Shown here piece after piece: positions 13,490 through 26,217 of a DNA stretch of 64,000 nucleotides (position 1 is its first letter; every line of letters begins with the position of its first letter). This stretch comes from Pristiophorus japonicus (Eukaryota). The notes under the pieces are model-generated. The model had not been told where the DNA came from. It ran no database searches and worked only from the letters and a program-made list of their open reading frames with translations. The stretch spans positions 52,328,001-52,392,000 of the forward strand of contig NC_091999.1 of NCBI RefSeq assembly GCF_044704955.1. The letters run 5' to 3'. The translations under genes were made by a program, and so were the position numbers.

Positions 13490-16400
13490 CCATTTAAGAC
13501 TAAGATGAGGAGGAATTTCTTCTCTCAGAGGGTTGTAATCTGTGGAAATCTCTGCCCCAGAGAGCTGTGGAGGCTGGGTCATTGAATATATTTAAGGCTG
13601 AGGTAGACAGGTTTAACAGAGTTGTTCACAATCAGGAAGGCTTTAGATTGAGTCAGGGAACAGAGTAGTTCTGCTCACACAATCAAAGAATGGTTACAGC
13701 ACGAAAGGCCATTCGGCTCGTCGAGCCCTTGCCGGCTCCCAACCAGTTTCACTGCCCCGCCCTTTCCCACCGGTCCTGCAAATGTTTCCTTTCAGATACT
13801 TATCCAAATCCATTTTGAAAGCTGTGATTAAGTCTGCCTCCACCACCCTTTCAGGCGGTGCATTCCAGATCCTAACGACTCACTGCATAAAATAGATTTT
13901 TCTTCCATTGTCTTTGGTTCTTCTTCTCATCCACTTTAAATCCGTCTCCTCTGGTTCTCGACCCCTCCACCAATGGGAACAGTATCTCTCAATCTACTCT
14001 GTCTGGACCCCTCATGATTTTGAACACCTCGATCAATTCTCCTCGCAAACTTCTCTGCTCCAAGGAGAACAACCCCAGCTTCTCCAGTCAATCCACGGAA
14101 CTGAAGTCCCTATTCTCGTGAATTATTCTTGTCAATCTTTTCTGCATCCTCTCTAAGGCCATCACATCCGAATCTGCGGTGCCCAGAATTGGACACAATG
14201 ATCCAGTTGAGACCGAACAAGTGTTTTACAAAGGATCATCATAACCTCCTTGCTTTTGTACTCGGTGATGCCCAGGATCCTGCAAGCTTTTTTAACTGCT
14301 TTCCCAACCTGTCCTGCCACCTTGAGCGATTTGTCCACATATACCCGCAGGTCTCACTGTTCATGCATCCCCTTTCGGATTGTACCCTTTAGTTTATATT
14401 GTCTCTCCTTGTTCATTTAATCATGCTTTTCTAATTTTATTTCTTAACTCAGATTCACGGACTCATTTTATTTCTTCCTCCGAGCCCCTCAACTTCATCT
14501 GGCAGCGTAATGTTGGCGAGTGGTGATTGATTGCCCTGGGAACCAACAGAAAGAGATGTCAGAGGCCGGAGGGCCGAGGGAGCAGCGTGTTCTGCAACAA
14601 ATCACGGTGCTTGAGGGGTGGATCCTGAGTCGGCCCATCGGGTGAGTATGTTTCAACATCTGTTAAACAATTTATCTTTTAAAAGTTAAAATGTGATTTC
14701 CTTTGTCAACAAAACAGTTTAACATCTGTCAGTATTTTATTTCCATTTATGAGTTCCTATTATTAGCTTCAGACACTTCAGTTCCAAGTGTACCAGGTAT
14801 TTAAAGGTCATTCATTCCCTCGTTTCATGTCGCTGTTAGTTAAAGGGACAGAGATTGATTTCCTCTCATTATGCATTTGTAGTAGTAAAAGTAACATCCT
14901 TCCTGTTGGTAGTGATTTACATTCTGCGCTGGGCGAGATGGCTGGTGGCATCAACCTTTAAAATACACATTCTGGTGTTTAAATCTCTCCAGGGTCTCAC
15001 CCTTCCCTATCTCTGTAACCTTCTCCAGCCCACCAATCCTCTTAACAGTTTGTTTTCTTTGGAACAGAGAAGGCTGAGGCCAGACTTTAATGAGGTGTAT
15101 AAAATTATGAGGGACCTAGATAGAGTGGATAGGAAGGACCTATTTCCCTTCACAGAGGGGTTCGGCAACCAGCTGAACCTTTTAGCCAGTATGTAGCAAG
15201 CCCAGCAAGAGAGGGGGAAGTTCTGGACTTTGTATTAGGGATTGAAGCTGGGCAGGTGGAAGGGGTATCAGTGGTAGAGCATTGGTGCTATTGGTCGTAA
15301 TTCTCTTAGATTTAGGGTAGTTATGGAAAAGGACAAAGATAGACCAGGAATAAAAGTTCTCAATTGGGGGAAAGCCAATTTTAAGAAACTGAGATGTGGT
15401 TTAGCCAAAGTGGACTGGAAACAGCTACTTGAAATGGTGAGAGATTGGGAAATGTTGGTGTTCAGAGGGACCTTGGTGTCCTTGTACACGAATCAATGAA
15501 AGTTAACATGCAGGCACAGCAAGCAATTAAGAAAACAATTGGTATGTCGGCCTTTATTACAAGAGGAGTTGTGGATAATAGTAAACATAAGAACAGGAAC
15601 ATAAGAAATAGGAACTGGAGTAGGCCATACGGCCCCTCGAGCCTGCTCCGCCATTCAATGAGATCATTGCTGATCTGATCATATACTCAGCTCCACTTAC
15701 CCGCGAGCTCTCCATAACCCCTTATCCCCTTATCATTTAAAAAACTATTTCTGTCTCAAGTTTATTCAATATCCCAGCTTCCACAGTTCTCTGAGGCAGC
15801 GAGTTCGACAAATTTGCAACCCTCTGAGAGAAGAAATTCCTCCTCATCTGTTTTAAATGGGCGGCCCCTTCTTCTAAGATCATGCCCTCCAGCTTGAGTC
15901 TCCCCCCATCAATGGAAACATCAGCTCTGAACCACCTTGTCAAGCCCCCTCATAATCTTATACGTTTCGATAAGATCACCTCTCATTCTTCTGAATTCCA
16001 ATGAGTAGAGGCCAAAACTACTCAACCTTTCCTCATAATTCAACCTGCTGATCCCTTATATCAACCTAGTGAACCTTCTCTGAACTGCCTCCAAAGCAAT
16101 TATATCCTTTCCTAAATATGGAAACCAAAACTGCATTCAGTATTCCAGGTGTGGCCTCACCAAAACCTTCTATAGCTCCAGCAAGACTTCCCCGCTTTTA
16201 TACTCCATCCCCTTTGCAAAAAGGGTCAAAAAACCATTGGCCTTCCTGATCACTTGCTGTACCTGCATACTATCCTTTAGTATTTCATGCACAAGTAACC
16301 CCAGGGCCTGCTGTATTGCGGCACATTGCAATCTTTCTCCATTTAAATAATAACTTGCTCCGAGACATCTTACTGCAATTATATAGGGCCCTCGTCAGAC

Positions 16401-16620
16401 TACAACTGGAGTATTGTGTACAGTTTTGATTGCTTACCTAAGGAAGGATGTACTTACCATTGAGGATGGCAACGAAGGTTCGCCAGACTGATACCTGGGA
16501 TGGAGGGATTGTCCTGTGAGGAGAGATTGAGTAGACTAGGCCTATATTCTGTACAGGTTAGAAGAATGAGAGGTAATCTCATTTTAAAACATAAAAATTC
16601 TTAAAGTGTTTGACAGTATA
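13490..16620. mobile_element. Cluster of fragmented CR1/L2 pieces on both strands, including a minus-strand CR1 3' end at ~15585-16360
   Basis: RRNFFSQRV-type and LEYCVQFW-type CR1 motifs; reverse tail at 15585-15610. Confidence 0.75.
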
Positions 16621-16623
16621 GAT

Positions 16624-16700
16624 CAGGGGTGTCAAACATACGGCCCATGGGCCGAACACGGTCCCGCAAGCCTCTTCCTCCGGCCCACCACGTGTTTTAA
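16624..16700 (+). mobile_element. hAT (Charlie-like) DNA transposon/MITE terminus
   Basis: CAGGGGTGTCAAAC followed by CGGCCC motifs; the partner TIR was not found. Confidence 0.45.
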
Positions 16701-17097
16701 TTTATATGACCTCTTCCGCCCCCCCCCCCGCCCCGATCTTTTGCTTGCTGACTGGAACACAACTTGAATTTGACGGCCGTCACGGAACAGGAGGAGGGTG
16801 GCGGAGGCACGGGAAAGGTCAGTCGGTGTCCACGGGGAGCAATTCTGGGACAACGAGGGCGCTCACATGGACTGTCAATGGGAGATAAGTTTTGAGTGAG
16901 GCAGTGAGTAGATAAACACCAAGAGAGAGGGGGAGGAGTGTCGCTGGAACTCCAGGTGATGTAACAGATGATGGGGGTTAGTGCAGGGTAGGTAGTGAGG
17001 GGGTTGTGTTCTTGCAGTTCTCCCCCCTCCTCGGCCCCAGTGAGGCGCTGATTTTAAAATTCTCAGCTTCCTGTTCAAACACCTCGATGGCCCCGCC

Positions 17098-17480
17098 CCT
17101 CCCTATCTCTGTAACCTCCTCCAGCCCCTACATCCTTCCCTCTCACTGTAACCTTCTCCAGTCCCGACACCCCTCCCTATCTCTGTAACCTCCTCCAGCC
17201 CCTACACCCTCCCTATCTCTGTAACCTCCTCCAGTCCCTACACCCCTACCTATCTCTGTAACCTCCTCCAGACCCTACATCCTTCCCTATCTCTGTAACA
17301 TCCTCCAGCCCTACACCCCTCCCTAGCTCTCTAACCTCCTTGAGCTCCTACACCTCTCCCTATCTTTGTAACCTCCTCCAGCCCTACACCCTTCCCTATC
17401 TCTGTAACCTCCTCCAGCCCTACACCCCTCCCTATCTCTCTAAACTCTTCGAGCCACTCCACCTCTCCCGATCTCTCTAA
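17098..17480 (+). repeat. ~36-bp minisatellite derived from an L2-like LINE segment
   Basis: About 10 copies of CTATCTCTGTAACCTCCTCCAGCCCTACACCCCTCC. Confidence 0.9.
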
Positions 17481-17483
17481 CGT

Positions 17484-18005
17484 TGTTAGGGTTAACTTCA
17501 ACCCACCACTAGGATTCTGTTAGCCTTAAAGTAAATGTAGGTTTTATTAATACAAGCCGGCAGGGGAGCTATCCTTGAAGGAATGCTCGAAGATAGAGCC
17601 AGAGACATATTACTTTATACAGTTTCAGATTATAGCATTAAGTAAATACGCAAGTTCTAATTAATACATGCTGATTGATTAATACATGATTGGTACAGCG
17701 CTTTCTCCAATCTGGCTTCTATATGCCTTAATTGGCAATTCCAAATACATGTTGTTATGATTCTTTTTAATTAACTCTTATCTTGCTATACAATTCAAAT
17801 TCTAGTTATCTGTGTCTGTGCCCAGCTCCCAAGGCCTTTGGTCTATGAATTGGAACATCTGCTCCTCTGTGGAAGGCATCCCACACATGCTTCCCACAGT
17901 TTGAAAACAGGCTGTGGGATCCATTTTAAAAACCTCTTAACTCCATTTTAAAACATCGCAATTGTAATTATTAATTGTAATTTCAATTTGTAATCTGCCC
18001 TTTCA
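17484..18005 (-). mobile_element. 3' LTR of endogenous retrovirus A
   Basis: On the minus strand: PPT-like ...ACAGGAGGGAC, then TGAAAGGG...CCCTAACA (imperfect terminal inverted repeat), TATAAA at ~17614-17619 and AATAAA at ~17543-17548. Confidence 0.75.
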
Positions 18006-18261
18006 GTCCCTCCTGTTGATCCCTGATTATTTCTAAATAATCAGCTGACCACATATATGTTCTGAGCCATCTGCTGGAAATGGTGATATCAAGTCCATAT
18101 TCCTGGGATCACTTGTAGTTCCATCTTTTGCGGAGTCTTTACATACTACCCCTGACCATTTCCCTGGGATATTGGCACGCCATTTATATTTCTTTTTGTA
18201 CATACAGTTGGTTGTTTCCCTAACGCGTTACAAAATCATTCGCCTCCCTATCATGCCTACA

Positions 18262-19440
18262 TTACATAATTAACAAGGCTTTTTGCTGTTCGGCTAGAAC
18301 CACGTGGTTGTATATCTCTCTCATCTTACACATCAGATATAGTTGGATCACGATACATGTCCCTTCCACTACCATTATTACCTCAATTAAATGCCACATC
18401 AATTTGAGGACTGCGTAGGCTTCAGGTGACCAGACCTTAAAAATATCCCACCATGAACAACAATCTTTCTTTCCCTGCCTTATCCTAACCTGATTCCTAT
18501 GCCTCCCGCCTCGGTTTCGTTGATCAGGCGATAGGATTGGGACACTCACGACTCAGATCAGGTGTTCATGCCGTCTTTTTGTTTGATTAACCATCTTTGG
18601 ATCTAGCAAAGGCTTTCTGCGATCTTGGTTGCGGGCATTGGCCAACCTCTTCTTCCTGCATCTCTTGTATCTGCCTGTGCAGTCTCCCAGGAGCATCAAC
18701 ACCACTATCAGCTGCACTAGGACTAACACATGGGATATAATTCGAATCCCTATCTTGTAATTTTACTCGGGTAAGCCTTGCCTGTCTTTGCACTTGTTAC
18801 ATAACATCACCAACCAAATCAAGGCTATTACTATCTTTACTGCCACTAGAGTATGGGAAAGTATCCTTATCCAGGGATGTATAATCTCATGTACCAAGGC
18901 GGGTTTTTCAGGTTATCCTTTATTTCACTGTCCAGTTCTTTTGCTTTATCCTTCAGCTCTTAATATTTTTTAATGTTATTTCTTGAGCTAGTTAAATCTT
19001 CAAGTAACAGGGGAATTGATTGTGCTTGCTCTTCCATGTAAACATCAATATCTTGCTTAATCTCATCACTTATATTTCATGTCATTGTCTTCCTGGCATG
19101 TCATGTTTGCTCTTCCCACTGCCACCGACAGTCTTGGAGTAATGTAAGTTCCCAGGCTAGTTACTGCACAATATTCTCCTCGCCCATGATAGGTGTAATG
19201 TGTGGGTTCGGTTCGGGCAGGGTTTATTCCAATGACACATCCTTCCGTAGTATTGTAAAACCCGCAGCTATCCTTGCTCCCGTCTCCCACTGGGTGAGGG
19301 CATATAGTTAGGCTCCCTTCTCTCCGGCACATGGATAAAGATATTTCCATTCTTTTTGATCTCATACTGGTCCACCGCGGATGCACTCTTCCCCTCGTAT
19401 TATGTTTGTTTCCCCTCACATCCTCCTGTAACCGCATACG
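18262..19440 (-). pseudogene. env: env remnant of ERV A (foamy/lokiretrovirus-like fusion glycoprotein C-terminal half) with several TM modules
   Basis: ORF 19066-19437 has a Cys-rich block CRREGSLTICPHPVGDGSKDSCGFYNTTEGC...GRGEYCAVTS. After a frameshift come a heptad-like ELKDKAKELDSEIKDNL..PPWY and the TM IHPWIRILSHTLVAVKIVIALIWLV. It lies directly upstream of the PPT and LTR. Confidence 0.65.
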
Positions 19441-19444
19441 CCCT

Positions 19445-19940
19445 TGTCATTCCTTTCAAAAAGGGCCACATTACAGCAAAAGTCTAAAGGGACAAAGTGT
19501 GTTAAAAAGACAAGCCTGAAGGCTCTGTGCCTCCATGCGAGGAATATTCGTAATAAGGTGGACGAATTAACTGCACAGGCACCAATTAATGAATATGATA
19601 TAATTTGCACCACGGAGACATGGCTGTCCTAAGGCTGTGTCCCCTGGTTCTGGACTTCCCCAACATCGGGAACAAGCTACCCGCATCTAACCTCTCCCGT
19701 CCCGCCAGAATCTTTATGTTTCTATGAAATCCCCTCTCATCCTTCTCAACTCCAATGTATAAAAATCCAGTTGATCCAGTCTCTCCTCATGTGATAGTCC
19801 AGCCATCCCGGGAATCAGTCTGGTGAACCTTCGCTGCACTCTCTCAATAGCAAGAACGTCCTTCCTCAGATTAGGAGACCAAAACTGAACACAATAGTCC
19901 ATGTGAGGCCTCACCACGGCCCTGTACAACTGCAGTAAGA
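19445..19940. mobile_element. CR1 fragments (endonuclease start on plus strand ~19445-19627; RT 3' part on minus strand ~19628-19940)
   Basis: ORFs 19444-19632 (LCLHARNIRNK..TETWL) and 19714-19929. Confidence 0.8.
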
Positions 19941-20695
19941 ATCTGTTGAATCTGCATTTTACTGTAACTCTATGACATTCTGAACCGATAAAGAAATGGA
20001 ATCGTGAAATGTATCTGTGTCTCTCAGTCTCTGCCTCACTCTCTACCTCTGTCTCTTTAGAGATCTGTGCATGTGTTTGCGTGTTTGAGTCTTTGTCTCC
20101 CTCACTCTGCCTCTCTCTGTCTTTCCCTGTTTTTCTGTTTGTCTCGGTCTCTCAATCTGCCCGTGTCTTTCTCACAGTGTCCAGTTCTGTTCCAAAGGGA
20201 TTCTCTTAGTCTCTCTGTCTGACTGTCTCTCTCTTTCCCATCATCACTGTCTGTCTATGTCTCTGCCTGTCTGTCTCTCTTTGCCTGTCTCTGTTCGACC
20301 CTGTCTCTAACCTATTGAGTATTTCCATAATTTTCTGTTTTTATCTCTGTCTCTCTCTCTCACCTCTCACTCTCTCTCTCTCTCTCTCTCTTTGACGCTC
20401 CCTTTGTCCATGTCTTTGTCTTTGTCTCTGGCTTTCCTGTACTCTTTGCCTCCCTCTCTTTATGGAGCACACACACACACATCTCTGTGTCTGTGTGTGT
20501 TTGAGTCTTTGTCTCACTCAGTCTGCCTATCCCTCTCAGTCTCACACTTGCTCTCTCTCTATTTCTCTAGCTCGCTGTCTGTCTCTCCCTGTTCCTGTTT
20601 TTGTGTCTGTCTCTCAATGTGTCTGTCTCTTTCTCATAGTATCCAGTTCTTCTCACAGCGCGATTCCTGCTGTCTCAAAATCTACACCCGTCAGT

Positions 20696-20740
20696 ACCTC
20701 GTTAGTATAGTCGTGAGTATCCCCACCTGTCATGCGGGAG
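20696..20740 (+). pseudogene. tRNA-Asp(GTC) pseudogene, 3' half deleted
   Basis: ACCTCGTTAGTATAGTCGTGAGTATCCCCACCTGTCATGCGGGAG, with no T arm or B box. Confidence 0.85.
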
Positions 20741-20958
20741 GAAGCATTTTCGAAATGTAGAATTGTACTTCTGTTATTCGGTATAGATTCATAATAAAAG
20801 TTCCAGAGCAACATAGAAGAGTAAAAATACAGCAAGAGGATATTGGCTCTTCCAGATTTTTAGGAAACGGAGACTTTTTCAGGACTCTGTGGTGTTCTGA
20901 TGCAGAGAGATGGATGATTGAGTTATATCTTAGTAACATTTGAAAACACACAGACGCA

Positions 20959-21040
20959 GTAATCGTGGCCGAGTGGTTAAGGCGATAGACTAGATATCCA
21001 TTGGAGTTTACCCGTGCAGGTTCGAATCCTGCCGACTACG
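20959..21040 (+). tRNA. tRNA-Ser(AGA) variant; promoter boxes intact, stem mismatches, possible pseudogene
   Basis: 82 nt; A box TGGCCGAGTGG, B box GGTTCGAATCC, loop CT-AGA-TA, T-run downstream. Confidence 0.85.
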
Positions 21041-21784
21041 GATTCAGCATTTTTCATTCAATTTCAGACTTTAACCAGATCCCTGCAAAACGGATCCTGA
21101 GTTGGGTGGAATAACGTCCCACACCTTTCAACACTGACATGTTATTCTCATTTTCATTAATCTGCAATATTCACGATACATACGGATAGAAAAACGCAAA
21201 AATCAGCTAAATTAGCGACAGTGATTCAGCCTGTCTATCCCTCTATATGTCTAAGGCACTCTGTGTATATCCATTGGTGCGTCTATATTTTTTGTTATTT
21301 ATGCGTGTGTGTCTCTGTGTCTGTCTAACTGTGTATATGTCTCTGTGTATGCGCAACTGTCTGTGGATATCATCACCATGAATTTGGTATGTCCTGGAAC
21401 TTTTAAAAAAGATTTGATGAAAATAATACGGTTGTGACATTTGATATCGGCTTTGCTTCAGCGACAGCATTTTCGATTTCAAGTCCCACTCCTGAGACTT
21501 GAGCATATAATCTTGGTTGACACTCAACTGCAGTACTTGGGGAATTTTGCATTGTTGAAGATGTTGACCTTCGGATGAAATGTTAAATTGAAGCTCTGTC
21601 TGCTCTCTTGGGTGAATGTGAACGTTCCAACAGCATTATTCGATAAAGAGTACTGAGTTGCCTCCATGTCACTTTTATATAAATATTCTGAAATGCTCAC
21701 TGAAAACCTTTGTGTATGCGTGTGTCTGTGAGGGTGGAGCTCAAGCCCAGATTCTCACAGAGACAGAATGTGAAGGTTCACAAG

Positions 21785-21867
21785 TCCAGAATGGCTGAGT
21801 GTATAAGTCGTTGCATTTAAGATCCAATGGGTTTATAGCTACGTGGGTTCGAACCCCACTCCTGGTA
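21785..21867 (+). pseudogene. tRNA-Leu(TAA) pseudogene
   Basis: Intact 3' half GTGGGTTCGAACCCCACTCCTGGTA; D arm and anticodon arm degenerate. Confidence 0.8.
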
Positions 21868-22045
21868 ACTCTTGAATTTAACACGATTTTCTCCCATCCT
21901 GCTCAGTGATATCCTAATGCCTTCTGTTGAAACTGTAACTCTGTCACATTCTCAACTGACCAAGAAATGGGATTGTGAAGTGCCTCTCACTCTCTGTCTT
22001 TAGAGAGCTCTGTATATCTTTACGTGTTTGAGTCTCTGACTCAAT

Positions 22046-24915
22046 GTGTCTGAGGACCTACAAGCTGAATTCAGAGAGCTAGGAGTTAAATTAAAAAGTA
22101 GGACTTCAAAGGTCGCAAACTCAGGATTGCTACCAGCGCCACCTGCTAGTCGACTCAGGAATCGCAGGATAGTTCAGATGAATACGTGGCTTGAAGTGTG
22201 GTGCAGATGGGAGGGATTCAAGTTCTGGGAATTTGGAACCGGTTCTGCGGGAGGTGGGACCAGAACGAAACCGGACGGTCTGCACCTGGGCAGGACCAGA
22301 ACCAATGTTCAAGGGGGAGTGCATGCTAGCGTTTCTGGGGAGGGTTTAAAGTAATATGGCAGGGCGACGGGAGACAGAGGGAAGTAGAATGGGCGCAGAA
22401 GTGAAAGAATAAAAGTAAAGGTGGAGGGCAGAGAAACCCACGGCAAAAATCAAATAGGGCCACTTTACAGCAAAATTCTAAAGGGTCAACGTGTGTTAAA
22501 ATAACAAGCCTGGAGGTTCTGTGCCTCATTGCGAGGAGTATTCGTATTAAGCTGGACGAATTAACTGCACAAGCAGCAATGACTGAATATGAAATAGTTG
22601 ACATCACGGAGACATGGCTCCAGGGTGACCAAGGCTGGGAATTCAACATTCAGGAAGCATAGACAGAAATGAAAAGGTGGTAGGGTAGCGTTGCTGGTTA
22701 AAGAGGAAATTAAGGCAATAGTAAGGAACGACATTAGCTTGGATGATGTGGAATATGAATGGGTGGAACTGCGTAATACCAAAGTGAAGAAAACGCAAGA
22801 GGAGTTGTGTACAGATCAGCAAACAGTAGTAGTGAGGTTGGGGACAGCATCAAACAAGAAATTAGGGATGCGTGCCATAAAGATACAGCTGTTACATGTA
22901 GATTGGGCGAACCAAACAGGTAGCAATATGGTGGAGGAGTATTTCCTCGAGCGTATTAGGGATGGTTTTCTCACTCAGTATATCGAGGGATCATCTAGAG
23001 GGCTGGCCATCCTAGACTGGGTGATGTGTAATGAGAAAGGACTAATTAGCAATCTTGTTGTGCGAGGCCCCTTGGGAAAGAGTGACCATAATAAGGTAGA
23101 ATTCTTTATTTAGGTGGCGAGTGACACAGTTAATTCAGAGACTAGGGTCCTGAATTTAAGGAAAGATAACTTCGATGGTATGAGGTTTATATTTTCTAGA
23201 ATAGACTGGCGAATGATACTTAAAGGGTTGAAGGTGGATAGGCCATGGCAAACATTTAAAGATCAAATGGATGAACTTCAACAATTGTATTTCCCTGTCT
23301 GGAGTAAAAATAAAACGGGGAATGTGGCTCAACCGTGGCTAACAAAGGAAATTAAGGACAGTGTTAAATCCAGGGAAGAGACATATAAATTGGCCAGAAA
23401 AAGCCACAACCTGAGGACTGGGAGGAATTTAGAATTCGGCAGAGGAGGACAAAGGGTTTAATTAGGAGGGGGAACATAGATTACGAGAGGAAGCTTGCTG
23501 GGAACATAATAAAGTTCGATAGATATGTGAAGACAAAAAGATTAGAGAAGACAAACGTAGGTCCCTTGCAATCAGATTCAGGTGAATTTATAATGGGGAA
23601 GAAGAAAATTGTAGACCAGTTGAACAATGACTTTGGTTCTGTCTTCACGAAGGAAGAAACGCATAACCTTCCAGAAATACTAGGGCACCAAGGATCTAGC
23701 GAGAAGGAGGAACTGAAGGAAATCCTTATCAGTCAGGTAATTGTGTTCAGGAAATTGATGGGATTGAAGGCCGATAAATCCCCGGGGCCTGATAGTCTGC
23801 ATTGGAAAGTACTTAAGGAAGTGGCCCTAGAAATAGCGGATGATTGGTGATCATTTTCGAACAGTCTATCGACTCTAGATCAGTTCGTATGAACTGAAGG
23901 GTAAATAATGTAACACCACATTTTAAAAAACGAGGGAGATAGAAAACGGATAATTAAAGACCGGTTTGCTTGACATCAGTAGTGGGGAAAATGTAGGAAT
24001 CAATTATTAAAAATGAAATAGCAGCGCATTTGGAAAGCAGTGACAGGATCGGTCCAAGCTTTATGAATATATGAATGGGAAATCAAGCTCGACAAATCTT
24101 CTGGAATTATTTGAGGATGTAGCTCGTATAGTGGACAAGGGCAACCAGTGGATGTGGTGTATTTGGACTTTCAAAAAGGTCCCACACACGTATTGGTGTG
24201 CAAAGTTAAAGCACATGGTATTGGGGGTAATGTACTGATGTGGATAGAGAACTAGTTGGCAGACAGGAAGCAGAGAGTCGGGATAAACGGGTCCTTTTCA
24301 GAAAAGCAGGCAGTGACTAGTTGGGTGCCACAGCGCTCAGTGCTGGGATCCCAGCTATTTACAATATACATTAATGATTTAGATGAAGGAATTGAGTGTA
24401 ATATCTTCAAGTTTGCAGATGATACTAACAGGGTGGCGGTGTGAGCTGTGAGGAGGACGCTAAGAGGCTGCAGGGTGACTTGGACTGGTTAGGTGAGAGG
24501 GCAAATGCATGGCAGATGCCGTATAATGTGGATAAATGTGAGGTTATCCACTTTAGTGGCAAAAACACGAAGGCAGAATATTATCTGTATGGCAGCAGAT
24601 TAGGAAAACGGGAGCTGCAACGAGACCTGGGTGTCATGGTACATCAGTCATTGAAAGCTGGCATGCAGTTCCAGCAGGCAGTGAAGAAGGCAAATGGTAT
24701 GTTGGCCTTCATAGCTAGGGGATTTGAGTATCGGCGCAGGGAGGTCTTACTGCAGTTGTACAGGACCTTTGTGAGACCTCACCTGGAATATTGTGTTCAG
24801 TTTTGGTCTCGTAATCTGAGGAAGGACTTTCTTGCTACTGTGGGAGTGCAGCGAAGGTTTACCTGACTGATTCCCAGGATGGCAGGTCTGACATATGAGG
24901 AGAGATTTAATCGAC
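22046..24915 (+). mobile_element. CR1 LINE (ORF1 SGNH-esterase C-terminus + ORF2), 3' end lost, inserted in the tRNA array
   Basis: ORF1-like LKSRTSKVANSGLLP...DGLHL; endonuclease and RT fragments up to ~24900. Confidence 0.9.
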
Positions 24916-25414
24916 TGTGTCTCTGTGTCTGTCTCTCTGTATATATGTCTCTGTGTATGTACAACTGTCTGTGGAAATCATCACCATGAACTTGGTATGT
25001 CCTGGAACTTAAAAAAAAAGACTTGGGGAAAGTAATACGGCTGTGAACTTTTGTCTCAGCTTTGGTTCAGTGGCAGCATTCTCGACTGAATCAGGAGTTT
25101 GTTTGTTCAAGTCGCACCCCTGAGACTTGAGCATATAATCTTGGCTAACACTCAACTGCAGGACTTGGGGAATTTTGCATTGTTGAAGCTGTTGACATTC
25201 GGGTGAAATGTTAAATTGAAGCTCCGTCTGCGCACTCGGGTGGATGTGAGAGGTCCCAGAGCATTACTTCAAAAAGAATAGGAGAGTTGCCCCCGTGTCA
25301 ATATTGCTAAAAATGATCGGAAATGCTCCCTGAAACCCGATGTGTATGTGTGTGGCTGTGGGGGTGGAGTTGAAGCCCAGATTCTGACAGAGACAGAATC
25401 CAATTGCTGACGGG

Positions 25415-25496
25415 ACCAGGATGGCCGCATGGTTAAGGCGGTGGCTTTAAAATTCAATGGACCTTTCCCGCGTGGGTTTGTACCCCACTCCTGGTA
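25415..25496 (+). pseudogene. tRNA-Leu(TAA) pseudogene
   Basis: ACCAGGATGGCC...CCCCACTCCTGGTA; B box mutated (GGTTTGTACC). Confidence 0.8.
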
Positions 25497-26217
25497 TCTC
25501 TTTAATTTAACATGGATTTCCTCCCATTCCGATCAGTGATACCGGAATTTCATCGGTTGAATCAGCAATTTTCTGTACCTATGTGACACTCTGAGCCGAT
25601 AATGAAATGAAATTGTGAAATGTATCTGTGTCGCTCGGTCTCTGCCTCTCTCTCTCTTTCGAGAGCTGTGTATGCGTTTGTATGTTTGAGTCTTTGTCTC
25701 AATCTATCTGTCCCTGTTTCTCGATTTGTCTCCGTCTCTCAATCTGTCTCTTTCTCACGGTGTCCACGTCTGTCCCAATGGGATTCTCTCAGACTCTTTG
25801 TCTGACTGGCTCTCTCTTTCCCATCATTTCTGTCTGACCATATCTTTGCCTGCCTCTGTTCGTCCCTGTCTCTAACCTGATAAGTATTTCCATCATTTTC
25901 AATTTTTGTCTCTATCTCTCTCTCGCTATCTGTCTCTGTCCTTGTCACTGTCTTTATCATTGTCTTTCTCTCACTCTTTCCCTCTCTCTCTTTATAAATC
26001 ACACACGCACATCTCTGTATATGTTTGTATTTGAGTCTTTTTCTCACTCAGTCTGCCTCAGACTCATACTTTCTGTCTCTCGTTGTCTCTATCTCGTTGT
26101 CTGTCTCTCCCTGTTTGTCAGTTTGTCTCTGTCCCTCAATATGTCGGTCGGCTTCTCATTGTGTCCAGTTCTGTTCACATCTTGATTCTAGGTCTGACAA
26201 AGCCACTATCTGTCAGT

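Noticed and set aside
21450-21500. A fourth tRNA gene per unit (GGTTCAGTGG...GTTCAAGTC)
   Set aside because: It has no proper cloverleaf and is the tRNA-derived head of the DeuSINE.
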